A stretch of DNA of 64,000 bases from the human T2T-CHM13v2.0 reference genome, Homo sapiens: assembly GCF_009914755.1 (NCBI RefSeq), contig NC_060946.1. One strand, 5' to 3'. Shown here piece after piece: positions 28,101 through 42,284 of this stretch. Positions within the stretch are counted from its first letter, which is position 1; the number at the start of each line of letters is the position of its first letter. The notes under the pieces are model-generated. The model did not search any database. It was not told the origin of the DNA and saw only the letters and a list, made by a program, of their open reading frames with translations. A program made the position numbers and the translations under genes.

Positions 28101-31100
28101 AACTGCTCTGTCAAAAGGAAGGTTCTTCTCTGTTAGGTGAGTGCATACGTCATAAAGGAGTTTCTGAGAATGTTTCTGTCTAGTGGTTATGGGAAGATAT
28201 TTGCTTTTTCACCGTAGGCCTCAGAGCGCTCCAAATATCCACTTGCACATACTACAAAAAGAGTGCCTCAAAGCTGCTCTCTGAAACGGAATGTTCAACT
28301 CTATGAGTTGAATGCAAACATCACAAAGACGTTTCTGAGAATGCTTCTGTCTAGATTTGATATGAAGATATTCCCGTTTCCAACGAAATCTTCAAATCTA
28401 TCCAAATGTCCACTTGCAGATTCAACAAAAAGTGTTTTTCAGAACTGCTCTATCAAAAGAAAGATCCACCTCTGTTAGCTGAGTTCACACATCACAAACA
28501 AGTTTATGAGAATGCTTCTGTCTAGTTTTTATTTGAAGATATTTCCTTTCTCACCATAGACCTGAAAGCTGTCCTAATGTTCACTTCCAGATACTACAGA
28601 AAGAGTGTTTCAAAACTGCTGTACGAAAGGGAATGTTCAACTCTGTGACTTGAATGCACACATCACAAAGAAGTTTCTGAGGATGCTGCTGTCTACTTTT
28701 TATACGTAATCCCGTTTCCAACGAAATCCTCCAAGCTATCCAAATATCCACTTGCAGATTCCACAGAAAGACTGTTTCAAAACTGCTCTGTCAATAGAAA
28801 GGTTCAACTCTGTTAGCTGCGTGCATATATCCCAAAGAAGATTCTGAGATTCCTTCTGTCTAGTTTTTATGGGAAGATATTTCCCTTTTCACCGTAGGCG
28901 TCAAGGCGCTCCAAATGTCCACTTCCAGATACTACAAAAAGAGTGTTTCAAACCTACTCTGTGAAAGGGAATATTCAACTCTGTGACTTGAATGCACATA
29001 TCACAAAGAAGTTTCTGAGAATGCTTCTGTCGAGATTTTATATGAAGATATTCCCGTTTCCAACGAAATCCTGAAATCTATCCAAATATCCCCTCGCAGA
29101 TTCTACAAAAAGAGTGTTTCAAAACTGCTCTGTAAAAAGAAAGGTTCAACTCTGTTAGTTGAGTACACACATCACAAACAAGTTTCACAGAATGCTTCTT
29201 TCTAGCTTGTAGGGGAAGATATTCCCTTTATCACCATGGTCCTCAAACCGTCCGAAACGTCCACTTCCATATACTACAAAAAGAGCGTTTCAAACCTGCT
29301 CTAGGAAAGGCAATGTTCAACTCTGTGACTTGAATGCAGACATCACAGAACAGTTTCTGAGAATGCTTCTGTCTAGATTTTATAGGAAGATATTCCCGTT
29401 TCCAACGAAATCTTCACAGCTATCCAAATATCCACTTGCAGATTCTACAAAAAGAGTGTATCAAAACTGCTCTGTCAAAAGGAAGGTTCTTCTCTGTTAG
29501 GTGAGTGCATACGTCATAAAGGAGTTTCTGAGAATGTTTCTGTCTAGTGGTTATGGGAAGATATTTGCTTTTTCACCGTAGGCCTCAGAGCGCTCCAAAT
29601 ATCCACTTGCACATACTACAAAAAGAGTGCCTCAAAGCTGCTCTCTGAAACGGAATGTTCAACTCTATGAGTTGAATGCAAACATCACAAAGACGTTTCT
29701 GAGAATGCTTCTGTCTAGATTTGATATGAAGATATTCCCGTTTCCAACGAAATCTTCAAATCTATCCAAATGTCCACTTGCAGATTCAACAAAAAGTGTT
29801 TTTCAGAACTGCTCTATCAAAAGAAAGATCCACCTCTGTTAGCTGAGTTCACACATCACAAACAAGTTTATGAGAATGCTTCTGTCTAGTTTTTATTTGA
29901 AGATATTTCCTTTCTCACCATAGACCTGAAAGCTGTCCTAATGTTCACTTCCAGATACTACAGAAAGAGTGTTTCAAAACTGCTGTACGAAAGGGAATGT
30001 TCAACTCTGTGACTTGAATGCACACATCACAAAGAAGTTTCTGAGGATGCTGCTGTCTACTTTTTATACGTAATCCCGTTTCCAACGAAATCCTCCAAGC
30101 TATCCAAATATCCACTTGCAGATTCCACAGAAAGACTGTTTCAAAACTGCTCTGTCAATAGAAAGGTTCAACTCTGTTAGCTGCGTGCATATATCCCAAA
30201 GAAGATTCTGAGATTGCTTCTGTCTAGTTTTTATGGGAAGATATTTCCCTTTTCACCGTAGGCGTCAAGGCGCTCCAAATGTCCACTTCCAGATACTACA
30301 AAAAGAGTGTTTCAAACCTACTCTGTGAAAGCGAATATTCAACTCTGTGACTTGAATGCACATATCACAAAGAAGTTTCTGAGAATGCTTCTGTCGAGAT
30401 TTTATATGAAGATATTCCCGTTTCCAACGAAATCCTGAAATCTATCCAAATATCCCCTCGCAGATTCTACAAAAAGAGTGTTTCAAAACTGCTCTGTAAA
30501 AAGAAAGGTTCAACTCTGTTAGTTGAGTACACACATCACAAACAAGTTTCACAGAATGCTTCTTTCTAGCTTGTAGGGGAAGATATTCCCTTTATCACCA
30601 TGGGCCTCCAACCGTCCGAAACGTCCACTTCCATATACTACCAAAAGAGCGTTTCAAACCTGCTCTAGGAAAGGCAATGTTCAACTCTGTGACTTGAATG
30701 CAGACATCACAGAGCAGTTTATGAGAATGCTTCTGTCTAGATTTTATAGGAAGATATTCCCGTTTCCAACGAAATCTTCACAGCTATCCAAATATCCACT
30801 TGCAGATTCTACAAAAAGAGTGTATCAAAACTGCTCTGTCAAAAGGAAGGTTCTTCTCTGTTAGGTGAGTGCATACGTCATAAAGGAGTTTCTGAGAATG
30901 TTTCTGTCTAGTGGTTATGGGAAGATATTTGCTTTTTCACCGTAGGCCTCAGAGCGCTCCAAATATCCACTTGCACATACTACAAAAAGAGTGCCTCAAA
31001 GCTGCTCTCTGAAACGGAATGTTCAACTCTATGAGTTGAATGCAAACATCACAAAGACGTTTCTGAGAATGCTTCTGTCTAGATTTGATATGAAGATATT

Positions 31101-34100
31101 CCCGTTTCCAACGAAATCTTCAAATCTATCCAAATGTCCACTTGCAGATTCAACAAAAAGTGTTTTTCAGAACTGCTCTATCAAAAGAAAGATCCACCTC
31201 TGTTAGCTGAGTTCACACATCACAAACAAGTTTATGAGAATGCTTCTGTCTAGTTTTTATTTGAAGATATTTCCTTTCTCACCATAGACCTGAAAGCTGT
31301 CCTAATGTTCACTTCCAGATACTACAGAAAGAGTGTTTCAAAACTGCTGTACGAAAGGGAATGTTCAACTCTGTGACTTGAATGCACACATCACAAAGAA
31401 GTTTCTGAGGATGCTGCTGTCTACTTTTTATACGTAATCCCGTTTCCAACGAAATCCTCCAAGCTATCCAAATATCCACTTGCAGATTCCACAGAAAGAC
31501 TGTTTCAAAACTGCTCTGTCAATAGAAAGGTTCAACTCTGTTAGCTGCGTGCATATATCCCAAAGAAGATTCTGAGATTCCTTCTGTCTAGTTTTTATGG
31601 GAAGATATTTCCCTTTTCACCGTAGGCGTCAAGGCGCTCCAAATGTCCACTTCCAGATACTACAAAAAGAGTGTTTCAAACCTACTCTGTGAAAGGGAAT
31701 ATTCAACTCTGTGACTTGAATGCACATATCACAAAGAAGTTTCTGAGAATGCTTCTGTCGAGATTTTATATGAAGATATTCCCGTTTCCAACGAAATCCT
31801 GAAATCTATCCAAATATCCCCTCGCAGATTCTACAAAAAGAGTGTTTCAAAACTGCTCTGTAAAAAGAAAGGTTCAACTCTGTTAGTTGAGTACACACAT
31901 CACAAACAAGTTTCACAGAATGCTTCTTTCTAGCTTGTAGGGGAAGATATTCCCTTTATCACCATGGTCCTCAAACCGTCCGAAACGTCCACTTCCATAT
32001 ACTACAAAAAGAGCGTTTCAAACCTGCTCTAGGAAAGGCAATGTTCAACTCTGTGACTTGAATGCAGACATCACAGAACAGTTTCTGAGAATGCTTCTGT
32101 CTAGATTTTATAGGAAGATATTCCCGTTTCCAACGAAATCTTCACAGCTATCCAAATATCCACTTGCAGATTCTACAAAAAGAGTGTATCAAAACTGCTC
32201 TGTCAAAAGGAAGGTTCTTCTCTGTTAGGTGAGTGCATACGTCATAAAGGAGTTTCTGAGAATGTTTCTGTCTAGTGGTTATGGGAAGATATTTGCTTTT
32301 TCACCGTAGGCCTCAGAGCGCTCCAAATATCCACTTGCACATACTACAAAAAGAGTGCCTCAAAGCTGCTCTCTGAAACGGAATGTTCAACTCTATGAGT
32401 TGAATGCAAACATCACAAAGACGTTTCTGAGAATGCTTCTGTCTAGATTTGATATGAAGATATTCCCGTTTCCAACGAAATCTTCAAATCTATCCAAATG
32501 TCCACTTGCAGATTCAACAAAAAGTGTTTTTCAGAACTGCTCTATCAAAAGAAAGATCCACCTCTGTTAGCTGAGTTCACACATCACAAACAAGTTTATG
32601 AGAATGCTTCTGTCTAGTTTTTATTTGAAGATATTTCCTTTCTCACCATAGACCTGAAAGCTGTCCTAATGTTCACTTCCAGATACTACAGAAAGAGTGT
32701 TTCAAAACTGCTGTACGAAAGGGAATGTTCAACTCTGTGACTTGAATGCACACATCACAAAGAAGTTTCTGAGGATGCTGCTGTCTACTTTTTATACGTA
32801 ATCCCGTTTCCAACGAAATCCTCCAAGCTATCCAAATATCCACTTGCAGATTCCACAGAAAGACTGTTTCAAAACTGCTCTGTCAATAGAAAGGTTCAAC
32901 TCTGTTAGCTGCGTGCATATATCCCAAAGAAGATTCTGAGATTGCTTCTGTCTAGTTTTTATGGGAAGATATTTCCCTTTTCACCGTAGGCGTCAAGGCG
33001 CTCCAAATGTCCACTTCCAGATACTACAAAAAGAGTGTTTCAAACCTACTCTGTGAAAGCGAATATTCAACTCTGTGACTTGAATGCACATATCACAAAG
33101 AAGTTTCTGAGAATGCTTCTGTCGAGATTTTATATGAAGATATTCCCGTTTCCAACGAAATCCTGAAATCTATCCAAATATCCCCTCGCAGATTCTACAA
33201 AAAGAGTGTTTCAAAACTGCTCTGTAAAAAGAAAGGTTCAACTCTGTTAGTTGAGTACACACATCACAAACAAGTTTCACAGAATGCTTCTTTCTAGCTT
33301 GTAGGGGAAGATATTCCCTTTATCACCATGGGCCTCCAACCGTCCGAAACGTCCACTTCCATATACTACCAAAAGAGCGTTTCAAACCTGCTCTAGGAAA
33401 GGCAATGTTCAACTCTGTGACTTGAATGCAGACATCACAGAGCAGTTTCTGAGAATGCTTCTGTCTAGATTTTATAGGAAGATATTCCCGTTTCCAACGA
33501 AATCTTCACAGCTATCCAAATATCCACTTGCAGATTCTACAAAAAGAGTGTATCAAAACTGCTCTGTCAAAAGGAAGGTTCTTCTCTGTTAGGTGAGTGC
33601 ATACGTCATAAAGGAGTTTCTGAGAATGTTTCTGTCTAGTGGTTATGGGAAGATATTTGCTTTTTCACCGTAGGCCTCAGAGCGCTCCAAATATCCACTT
33701 GCACATACTACAAAAAGAGTGCCTCAAAGCTGCTCTCTGAAACGGAATGTTCAACTCTATGAGTTGAATGCAAACATCACAAAGACGTTTCTGAGAATGC
33801 TTCTGTCTAGATTTGATATGAAGATATTCCCGTTTCCAACGAAATCTTCAAATCTATCCAAATGTCCACTTGCAGATTCAACAAAAAGTGTTTTTCAGAA
33901 CTGCTCTATCAAAAGAAAGATCCACCTCTGTTAGCTGAGTTCACACATCACAAACAAGTTTATGAGAATGCTTCTGTCTAGTTTTTATTTGAAGATATTT
34001 CCTTTCTCACCATAGACCTGAAAGCTGTCCTAATGTTCACTTCCAGATACTACAGAAAGAGTGTTTCAAAACTGCTGTACGAAAGGGAATGTTCAACTCT

Positions 34101-37100
34101 GTGACTTGAATGCACACATCACAAAGAAGTTTCTGAGGATGCTGCTGTCTACTTTTTATACGTAATCCCGTTTCCAACGAAATCCTCCAAGCTATCCAAA
34201 TATCCACTTGCAGATTCCACAGAAAGACTGTTTCAAAACTGCTCTGTCAATAGAAAGGTTCAACTCTGTTAGCTGCGTGCATATATCCCAAAGAAGATTC
34301 TGAGATTGCTTCTGTCTAGTTTTTATGGGAAGATATTTCCCTTTTCACCGTAGGCGTCAAGGCGCTCCAAATGTCCACTTCCAGATACTACAAAAAGAGT
34401 GTTTCAAACCTACTCTGTGAAAGGGAATATTCAACTCTGTGACTTGAATGCACATATCACAAAGAAGTTTCTGAGAATGCTTCTGTCGAGATTTTATATG
34501 AAGATATTCCCGTTTCCAACGAAATCCTGAAATCTATCCAAATATCCCCTCGCAGATTCTACAAAAAGAGTGTTTCAAAACTGCTCTGTAAAAAGAAAGG
34601 TTCAACTCTGTTAGTTGAGTACACACATCACAAACAAGTTTCACAGAATGCTTCTTTCTAGCTTGTAGGGGAAGATATTCCCTTTATCACCATGGGCCTC
34701 CAACCGTCCGAAACGTCCACTTCCATATACTACAAAAAGAGCGTTTCAAACCTGCTCTATGAAAGGCAATGTTCAACTCTGTGACTTGAATGCAGACATC
34801 ACAGAGCAGTTTCTGAGAATGCTTCTGTCTAGATTTTATAGGAAGATATTCCCGTTTCCAACGAAATCTTCACAGCTATCCAAATATCCACTTGCAGATT
34901 CTACAAAAAGAGTGTATCAAAACTGCTCTGTCAAAAGGAAGGTTCTTCTCTGTTAGGTGAGTGCATACGTCATAAAGGAGTTTCTGAGAATGTTTCTGTC
35001 TAGTGGTTATGGGAAGATATTTGCTTTTTCACCGTAGGCCTCAGAGCGCTCCAAATATCCACTTGCACATACTACAAAAAGAGTGCCTCAAAGCTGCTCT
35101 TTGAAACGGAATGTTCAACTCTATGAGTTGAATGCAAACATCACAAAGACGTTTCTGAGAATGCTTCTGTCTAGATTTGATATGAAGATATTCCCGTTTC
35201 CAACGAAATCTTCAAATCTATCCAAATGTCCACTTGCAGATTCAACAAAAAGTGTTTTTCAGAACTGCTCTATCAAAAGAAAGATCCACCTCTGTTAGCT
35301 GAGTTCACACATCACAAACAAGTTTATGAGAATGCTTCTGTCTAGTTTTTATTTGAAGATATTTCCTTTCTCACCATAGACCTGAAAGCTGTCCTAATGT
35401 TCACTTCCAGATACTACAGAAAGAGTGTTTCAAAACTGCTGTATGAAAGGGAATGTTCAACTCTGTGACTTGAATGCACACATCACAAAGAAGTTTCTGA
35501 GGATGCTGCTGTCTACTTTTTATATGTAATCCCGTTTCCAACGAAATCCTCCAAGCTATCCAAATATCCACTTGCAGATTCCACAGAAAGACTGTTTCAA
35601 AACTGCTCTGTCAATAGAAAGGTTCAACTCTGTTAGCTGCGTGCATATATCCCAAAGAAGATTCTGAGATTGCTTCTGTCTAGTTTTTATGGGAAGATAT
35701 TTCCCTTTTCACCGTAGGCGTCAAGGCGCTCCAAATGTCCACTTCCAGATACTACAAAAAGAGTGTTTCAAACCTACTCTGTGAAAGGGAATATTCAACT
35801 CTGTGACTTGAATGCACATATCACAAAGAAGTTTCTGAGAATGCTTCTGTCGAGATTTTATATGAAGATATTCCCGTTTCCAACGAAATCCTGAAATCTA
35901 TCCAAATATCCCCTCGCAGATTCTACAAAAAGAGTGTTTCAAAACTGCTCTGTAAAAAGAAAGGTTCAACTCTGTTAGTTGAGTACACACATCACAAACA
36001 AGTTTCACAGAATGCTTCTTTCTAGCTTGTAGGGGAAGATATTCCCTTTATCACCATGGGCCTCCAACCGTCCGAAACGTCCACTTCCATATACTACAAA
36101 AAGAGCGTTTCAAACCTGCTCTAGGAAAGGCAATGTTCAACTCTGTGACTTGAATGCAGACATCACAGAGCAGTTTCTGAGAATGCTTCTGTCTAGATTT
36201 TATAGGAAGATATTCCCGTTTCCAACGAAATCTTCACAGCTATCCAAATATCCACTTGCAGATTCTACAAAAAGAGTGTATCAAAACTGCTCTGTCAAAA
36301 GGAAGGTTCTTCTCTGTTAGGTGAGTGCATACGTCATAAAGGAGTTTCTGAGAATGTTTCTGTCTAGTGGTTATGGGAAGATATTTGCTTTTTCACCGTA
36401 GGCCTCAGAGCGCTCCAAATATCCACTTGCACATACTACAAAAAGAGTGCCTCAAAGCTGCTCTCTGAAACGGAATGTTCAACTCTATGAGTTGAATGCA
36501 AACATCACAAAGACGTTTCTGAGAATGCTTCTGTCTAGATTTGATATGAAGATATTCCCGTTTCCAACGAAATCTTCAAATCTATCCAAATGTCCACTTG
36601 CAGATTCAACAAAAAGTGTTTTTCAGAACTGCTCTATCAAAAGAAAGATCCACCTCTGTTAGCTGAGTTCACACATCACAAACAAGTTTATGAGAATGCT
36701 TCTGTCTAGTTTTTATTTGAAGATATTTCCTTTCTCACCATAGACCTGAAAGCTGTCCTAATGTTCACTTCCAGATACTACAGAAAGAGTGTTTCAAAAC
36801 TGCTGTACGAAAGGGAATGTTCAACTCTGTGACTTGAATGCACACATCACAAAGAAGTTTCTGAGGATGCTGCTGTCTACTTTTTATACGTAATCCCGTT
36901 TCCAACGAAATCCTCCAAGCTATCCAAATATCCACTTGCAGATTCCACAGAAAGACTGTTTCAAAACTGCTCTGTCAATAGAAAGGTTCAACTCTGTTAG
37001 CTGCGTGCATATATCCCAAAGAAGATTCTGAGATTCCTTCTGTCTAGTTTTTATGGGAAGATATTTCCCTTTTCACCGTAGGCGTCAAGGCGCTCCAAAT

Positions 37101-40100
37101 GTCCACTTCCAGATACTACAAAAAGAGTGTTTCAAACCTACTCTGTGAAAGGGAATATTCAACTCTGTGACTTGAATGCACATATCACAAAGAAGTTTCT
37201 GAGAATGCTTCTGTCGAGATTTTATATGAAGATATTCCCGTTTCCAACGAAATCCTGAAATCTATCCAAATATCCCCTCGCAGATTCTACAAAAAGAGTG
37301 TTTCAAAACTGCTCTGTAAAAAGAAAGGTTCAACTCTGTTAGTTGAGTACACACATCACAAACAAGTTTCACAGAATGCTTCTTTCTAGCTTGTAGGGGA
37401 AGATATTCCCTTTATCACCATGGTCCTCAAACCGTCCGAAACGTCCACTTCCATATACTACAAAAAGAGCGTTTCAAACCTGCTCTAGGAAAGGCAATGT
37501 TCAACTCTGTGACTTGAATGCAGACATCACAGAGCAGTTTCTGAGAATGCTTCTGTCTAGATTTTATAGGAAGATATTCCCGTTTCCAACGAAATCTTCA
37601 CAGCTATCCAAATATCCACTTGCAGATTCTACAAAAAGAGTGTATCAAAACTGCTCTGTCAAAAGGAAGGTTCTTCTCTGTTAGGTGAGTGCATACGTCA
37701 TAAAGGAGTTTCTGAGAATGTTTCTGTCTAGTGGTTATGGGAAGATATTTGCTTTTTCACCGTAGGCCTCAGAGCGCTCCAAATATCCACTTGCACATAC
37801 TACAAAAAGAGTGCCTCAAAGCTGCTCTCTGAAACGGAATGTTCAACTCTATGAGTTGAATGCAAACATCACAAAGACGTTTCTGAGAATGCTTCTGTCT
37901 AGATTTGATTTGAAGATATTCCCGTTTCCAACGAAATCTTCAAATCTATCCAAATGTCCACTTGCAGATTCAACAAAAAGTGTTTTTCAGAACTGCTCTA
38001 TCAAAAGAAAGATCCACCTCTGTTAGCTGAGTTCACACATCACAAACAAGTTTATGAGAATGCTTCTGTCTAGTTTTTATTTGAAGATATTTCCTTTCTC
38101 ACCATAGACCTGAAAGCTGTCCTAATGTTCACTTCCAGATACTACAGAAAGAGTGTTTCAAAACTGCTGTACGAAAGGGAATTTTCAACTCTGTGACTTG
38201 AATGCACACATCACAAAGAAGTTTCTGAGGATGCTGCTGTCTACTTTTTATACGTAATCCCGTTTCCAACGAAATCCTCCAAGCTATCCAAATATCCACT
38301 TGCAGATTCCACAGAAAGACTGTTTCAAAACTGCTCTGTCAATAGAAAGGTTCAACTCTGTTAGCTGCGTGCATATATCCCAAAGAAGATTCTGAGATTG
38401 CTTCTGTCTAGTTTTTATGGGAAGATATTTCCCTTTTCACCGTAGGCGTCAAGGCGCTCCAAATGTCCACTTCCAGATACTACAAAAAGAGTGTTTCAAA
38501 CCTACTCTGTGAAAGGGAATATTCAACTCTGTGACTTGAATGCACATATCACAAAGAAGTTTCTGAGAATGCTTCTGTCGAGATTTTATATGAAGATATT
38601 CCCGTTTCCAACGAAATCCTGAAATCTATCCAAATATCCCCTCGCAGATTCTACAAAAAGAGTGTTTCAAAACTGCTCTGTAAAAAGAAAGGTTCAACTC
38701 TGTTAGTTGAGTACACACATCACAAACAAGTTTCACAGAATGCTTCTTTCTAGCTTGTAGGGGAAGATATTCCCTTTATCACCATGGTCCTCAAACCGTC
38801 CGAAACGTCCACTTCCATATACTACAAAAAGAGCGTTTCAAACCTGCTCTAGGAAAGGCAATGTTCAACTCTGTGACTTGAATGCAGACATCACAGAACA
38901 GTTTCTGAGAATGCTTCTGTCTAGATTTTATAGGAAGATATTCCCGTTTCCAACGAAATCTTCACAGCTATCCAAATATCCACTTGCAGATTCTACAAAA
39001 AGAGTGTATCAAAACTGCTCTGTCAAAAGGAAGGTTCTTCTCTGTTAGGTGAGTGCATACGTCATAAAGGAGTTTCTGAGAATGTTTCTGTCTAGTGGTT
39101 ATGGGAAGATATTTGCTTTTTCACCGTAGGCCTCAGAGCGCTCCAAATATCCACTTGCACATACTACAAAAAGAGTGCCTCAAAGCTGCTCTCTGAAACG
39201 GAATGTTCAACTCTATGAGTTGAATGCAAACATCACAAAGACGTTTCTGAGAATGCTTCTGTCTAGATTTGATATGAAGATATTCCCGTTTCCAACGAAA
39301 TCTTCAAATCTATCCAAATGTCCACTTGCAGATTCAACAAAAAGTGTTTTTCAGAACTGCTCTATCAAAAGAAAGATCCACCTCTGTTAGCTGAGTTCAC
39401 ACATCACAAACAAGTTTATGAGAATGCTTCTGTCTAGTTTTTATTTGAAGATATTTCCTTTCTCACCATAGACCTGAAAGCTGTCCTAATGTTCACTTCC
39501 AGATACTACAGAAAGAGTGTTTCAAAACTGCTGTACGAAAGGGAATGTTCAACTCTGTGACTTGAATGCACACATCACAAAGAAGTTTCTGAGGATGCTG
39601 CTGTCTACTTTTTATACGTAATCCCGTTTCCAACGAAATCCTCCAAGCTATCCAAATATCCACTTGCAGATTCCACAGAAAGACTGTTTCAAAACTGCTC
39701 TGTCAATAGAAAGGTTCAACTCTGTTAGCTGCGTGCATATATCCCAAAGAAGATTCTGAGATTGCTTCTGTCTAGTTTTTATGGGAAGATATTTCCCTTT
39801 TCACCGTAGGCGTCAAGGCGCTCCAAATGTCCACTTCCAGATACTACAAAAAGAGTGTTTCAAACCTACTCTGTGAAAGCGAATATTCAACTCTGTGACT
39901 TGAATGCACATATCACAAAGAAGTTTCTGAGAATGCTTCTGTCGAGATTTTATATGAAGATATTCCCGTTTCCAACGAAATCCTGAAATCTATCCAAATA
40001 TCCCCTCGCAGATTCTACAAAAAGAGTGTTTCAAAACTGCTCTGTAAAAAGAAAGGTTCAACTCTGTTAGTTGAGTACACACATCACAAACAAGTTTCAC

Positions 40101-42284
40101 AGAATGCTTCTTTCTAGCTTGTAGGGGAAGATATTCCCTTTATCACCATGGGCCTCCAACCGTCCGAAACGTCCACTTCCATATACTACCAAAAGAGCGT
40201 TTCAAACCTGCTCTAGGAAAGGCAATGTTCAACTCTGTGACTTGAATGCAGACATCACAGAACAGTTTCTGAGAATGCTTCTGTCTAGATTTTATAGGAA
40301 GATATTCCCGTTTCCAACGAAATCTTCACAGCTATCCAAATATCCACTTGCAGATTCTACAAAAAGAGTGTATCAAAACTGCTCTGTCAAAAGGAAGGTT
40401 CTTCTCTGTTAGGTGAGTGCATACGTCATAAAGGAGTTTCTGAGAATGTTTCTGTCTAGTGGTTATGGGAAGATATTTGCTTTTTCACCGTAGGCCTCAG
40501 AGCGCTCCAAATATCCACTTGCACATACTACAAAAAGAGTGCCTCAAAGCTGCTCTCTGAAACGGAATGTTCAACTCTATGAGTTGAATGCAAACATCAC
40601 AAAGACGTTTCTGAGAATGCTTCTGTCTAGATTTGATATGAAGATATTCCCGTTTCCAACGAAATCTTCAAATCTATCCAAATGTCCACTTGCAGATTCA
40701 ACAAAAAGTGTTTTTCAGAACTGCTCTATCAAAAGAAAGATCCACCTCTGTTAGCTGAGTTCACACATCACAAACAAGTTTATGAGAATGCTTCTGTCTA
40801 GTTTTTATTTGAAGATATTTCCTTTCTCACCATAGACCTGAAAGCTGTCCTAATGTTCACTTCCAGATACTACAGAAAGAGTGTTTCAAAACTGCTGTAC
40901 GAAAGGGAATGTTCAACTCTGTGACTTGAATGCACACATCACAAAGAAGTTTCTGAGGATGCTGCTGTCTACTTTTTATACGTAATCCCGTTTCCAACGA
41001 AATCCTCCAAGCTATCCAAATATCCACTTGCAGATTCCACAGAAAGACTGTTTCAAAACTGCTCTGTCAATAGAAAGGTTCAACTCTGTTAGCTGCGTGC
41101 ATATATCCCAAAGAAGATTCTGAGATTGCTTCTGTCTAGTTTTTATGGGAAGATATTTCCCTTTTCACCGTAGGCGTCAAGGCGCTCCAAATGTCCACTT
41201 CCAGATACTACAAAAAGAGTGTTTCAAACCTACTCTGTGAAAGGGAATATTCAACTCTGTGACTTGAATGCACATATCACAAAGAAGTTTCTGAGAATGC
41301 TTCTGTCGAGATTTTATATGAAGATGTTCCCGTTTCCAACGAAATCCTGAAATCTATCCAAATATCACCTCGCAGATTCTACAAAAAGAGTGTTTCAAAA
41401 CTGCTCTGTAAAAAGAAAGTTTCAACTCTGTTACTTGAGTACACACATCACAAACAAGTTTCACAGAATGCTTCTTTCTAGCTTGTAGGGGAAGATATTC
41501 CCTTTATCACCATGGTCCTCAAACCGTCCGAAACGTCCACTTCCATATACTACAAAAAGAGCGTTTCAAACCTGCTCTATGAAAGGCAATGTTCAACTCT
41601 GTGACTTGAATGCAGACATCACAGAGCAGTTTCTGAGAATGCTTCTGTCTAGATTTTATAGGAAGATATTCCCGTTTCCAACGAAATCTTCACAGCTATC
41701 CAAATATCCACTTGCAGATTCTACAAAAAGAGTGTATCAAAACTGCTCTGTCAAAAGGAAGGTTCTTCTCTGTTAGGTGAGTGCATACGTCATAAAGGAG
41801 TTTCTGAGAATGTTTCTGTCTAGTGGTTATGGGAAGATATTTGCTTTTTCACCGTAGGCCTCAGAGCGCTCCAAATATCCACTTGCACATACTACAAAAA
41901 GAGTGCCTCAAAGCTGCTCTCTGAAACGGAATGTTCAACTCTATGAGTTGAATGCAAACATCACAAAGACGTTTCTGAGAATGCTTCTGTCTAGATTTGA
42001 TATGAAGATATTCCCGTTTCCAACGAAATCTTCAAATCTATCCAAATGTCCACTTGCAGATTCAACAAAAAGTGTTTTTCAGAACTACTCTATCAAAAGA
42101 AAGATCCACCTCTGTTAGCTGAGTTCACACATCACAAACAAGTTTATGAGAATGCTTCTGTCTAGTTTTTATTTGAAGATATTTCCTTTCTCACCATAGA
42201 CCTGAAAGCTGTCCTAATGTTCACTTCCAGATACTACAGAAAGAGTGTTTCAAAACTGCTGTACGAAAGGGAATGTTCAACTCT

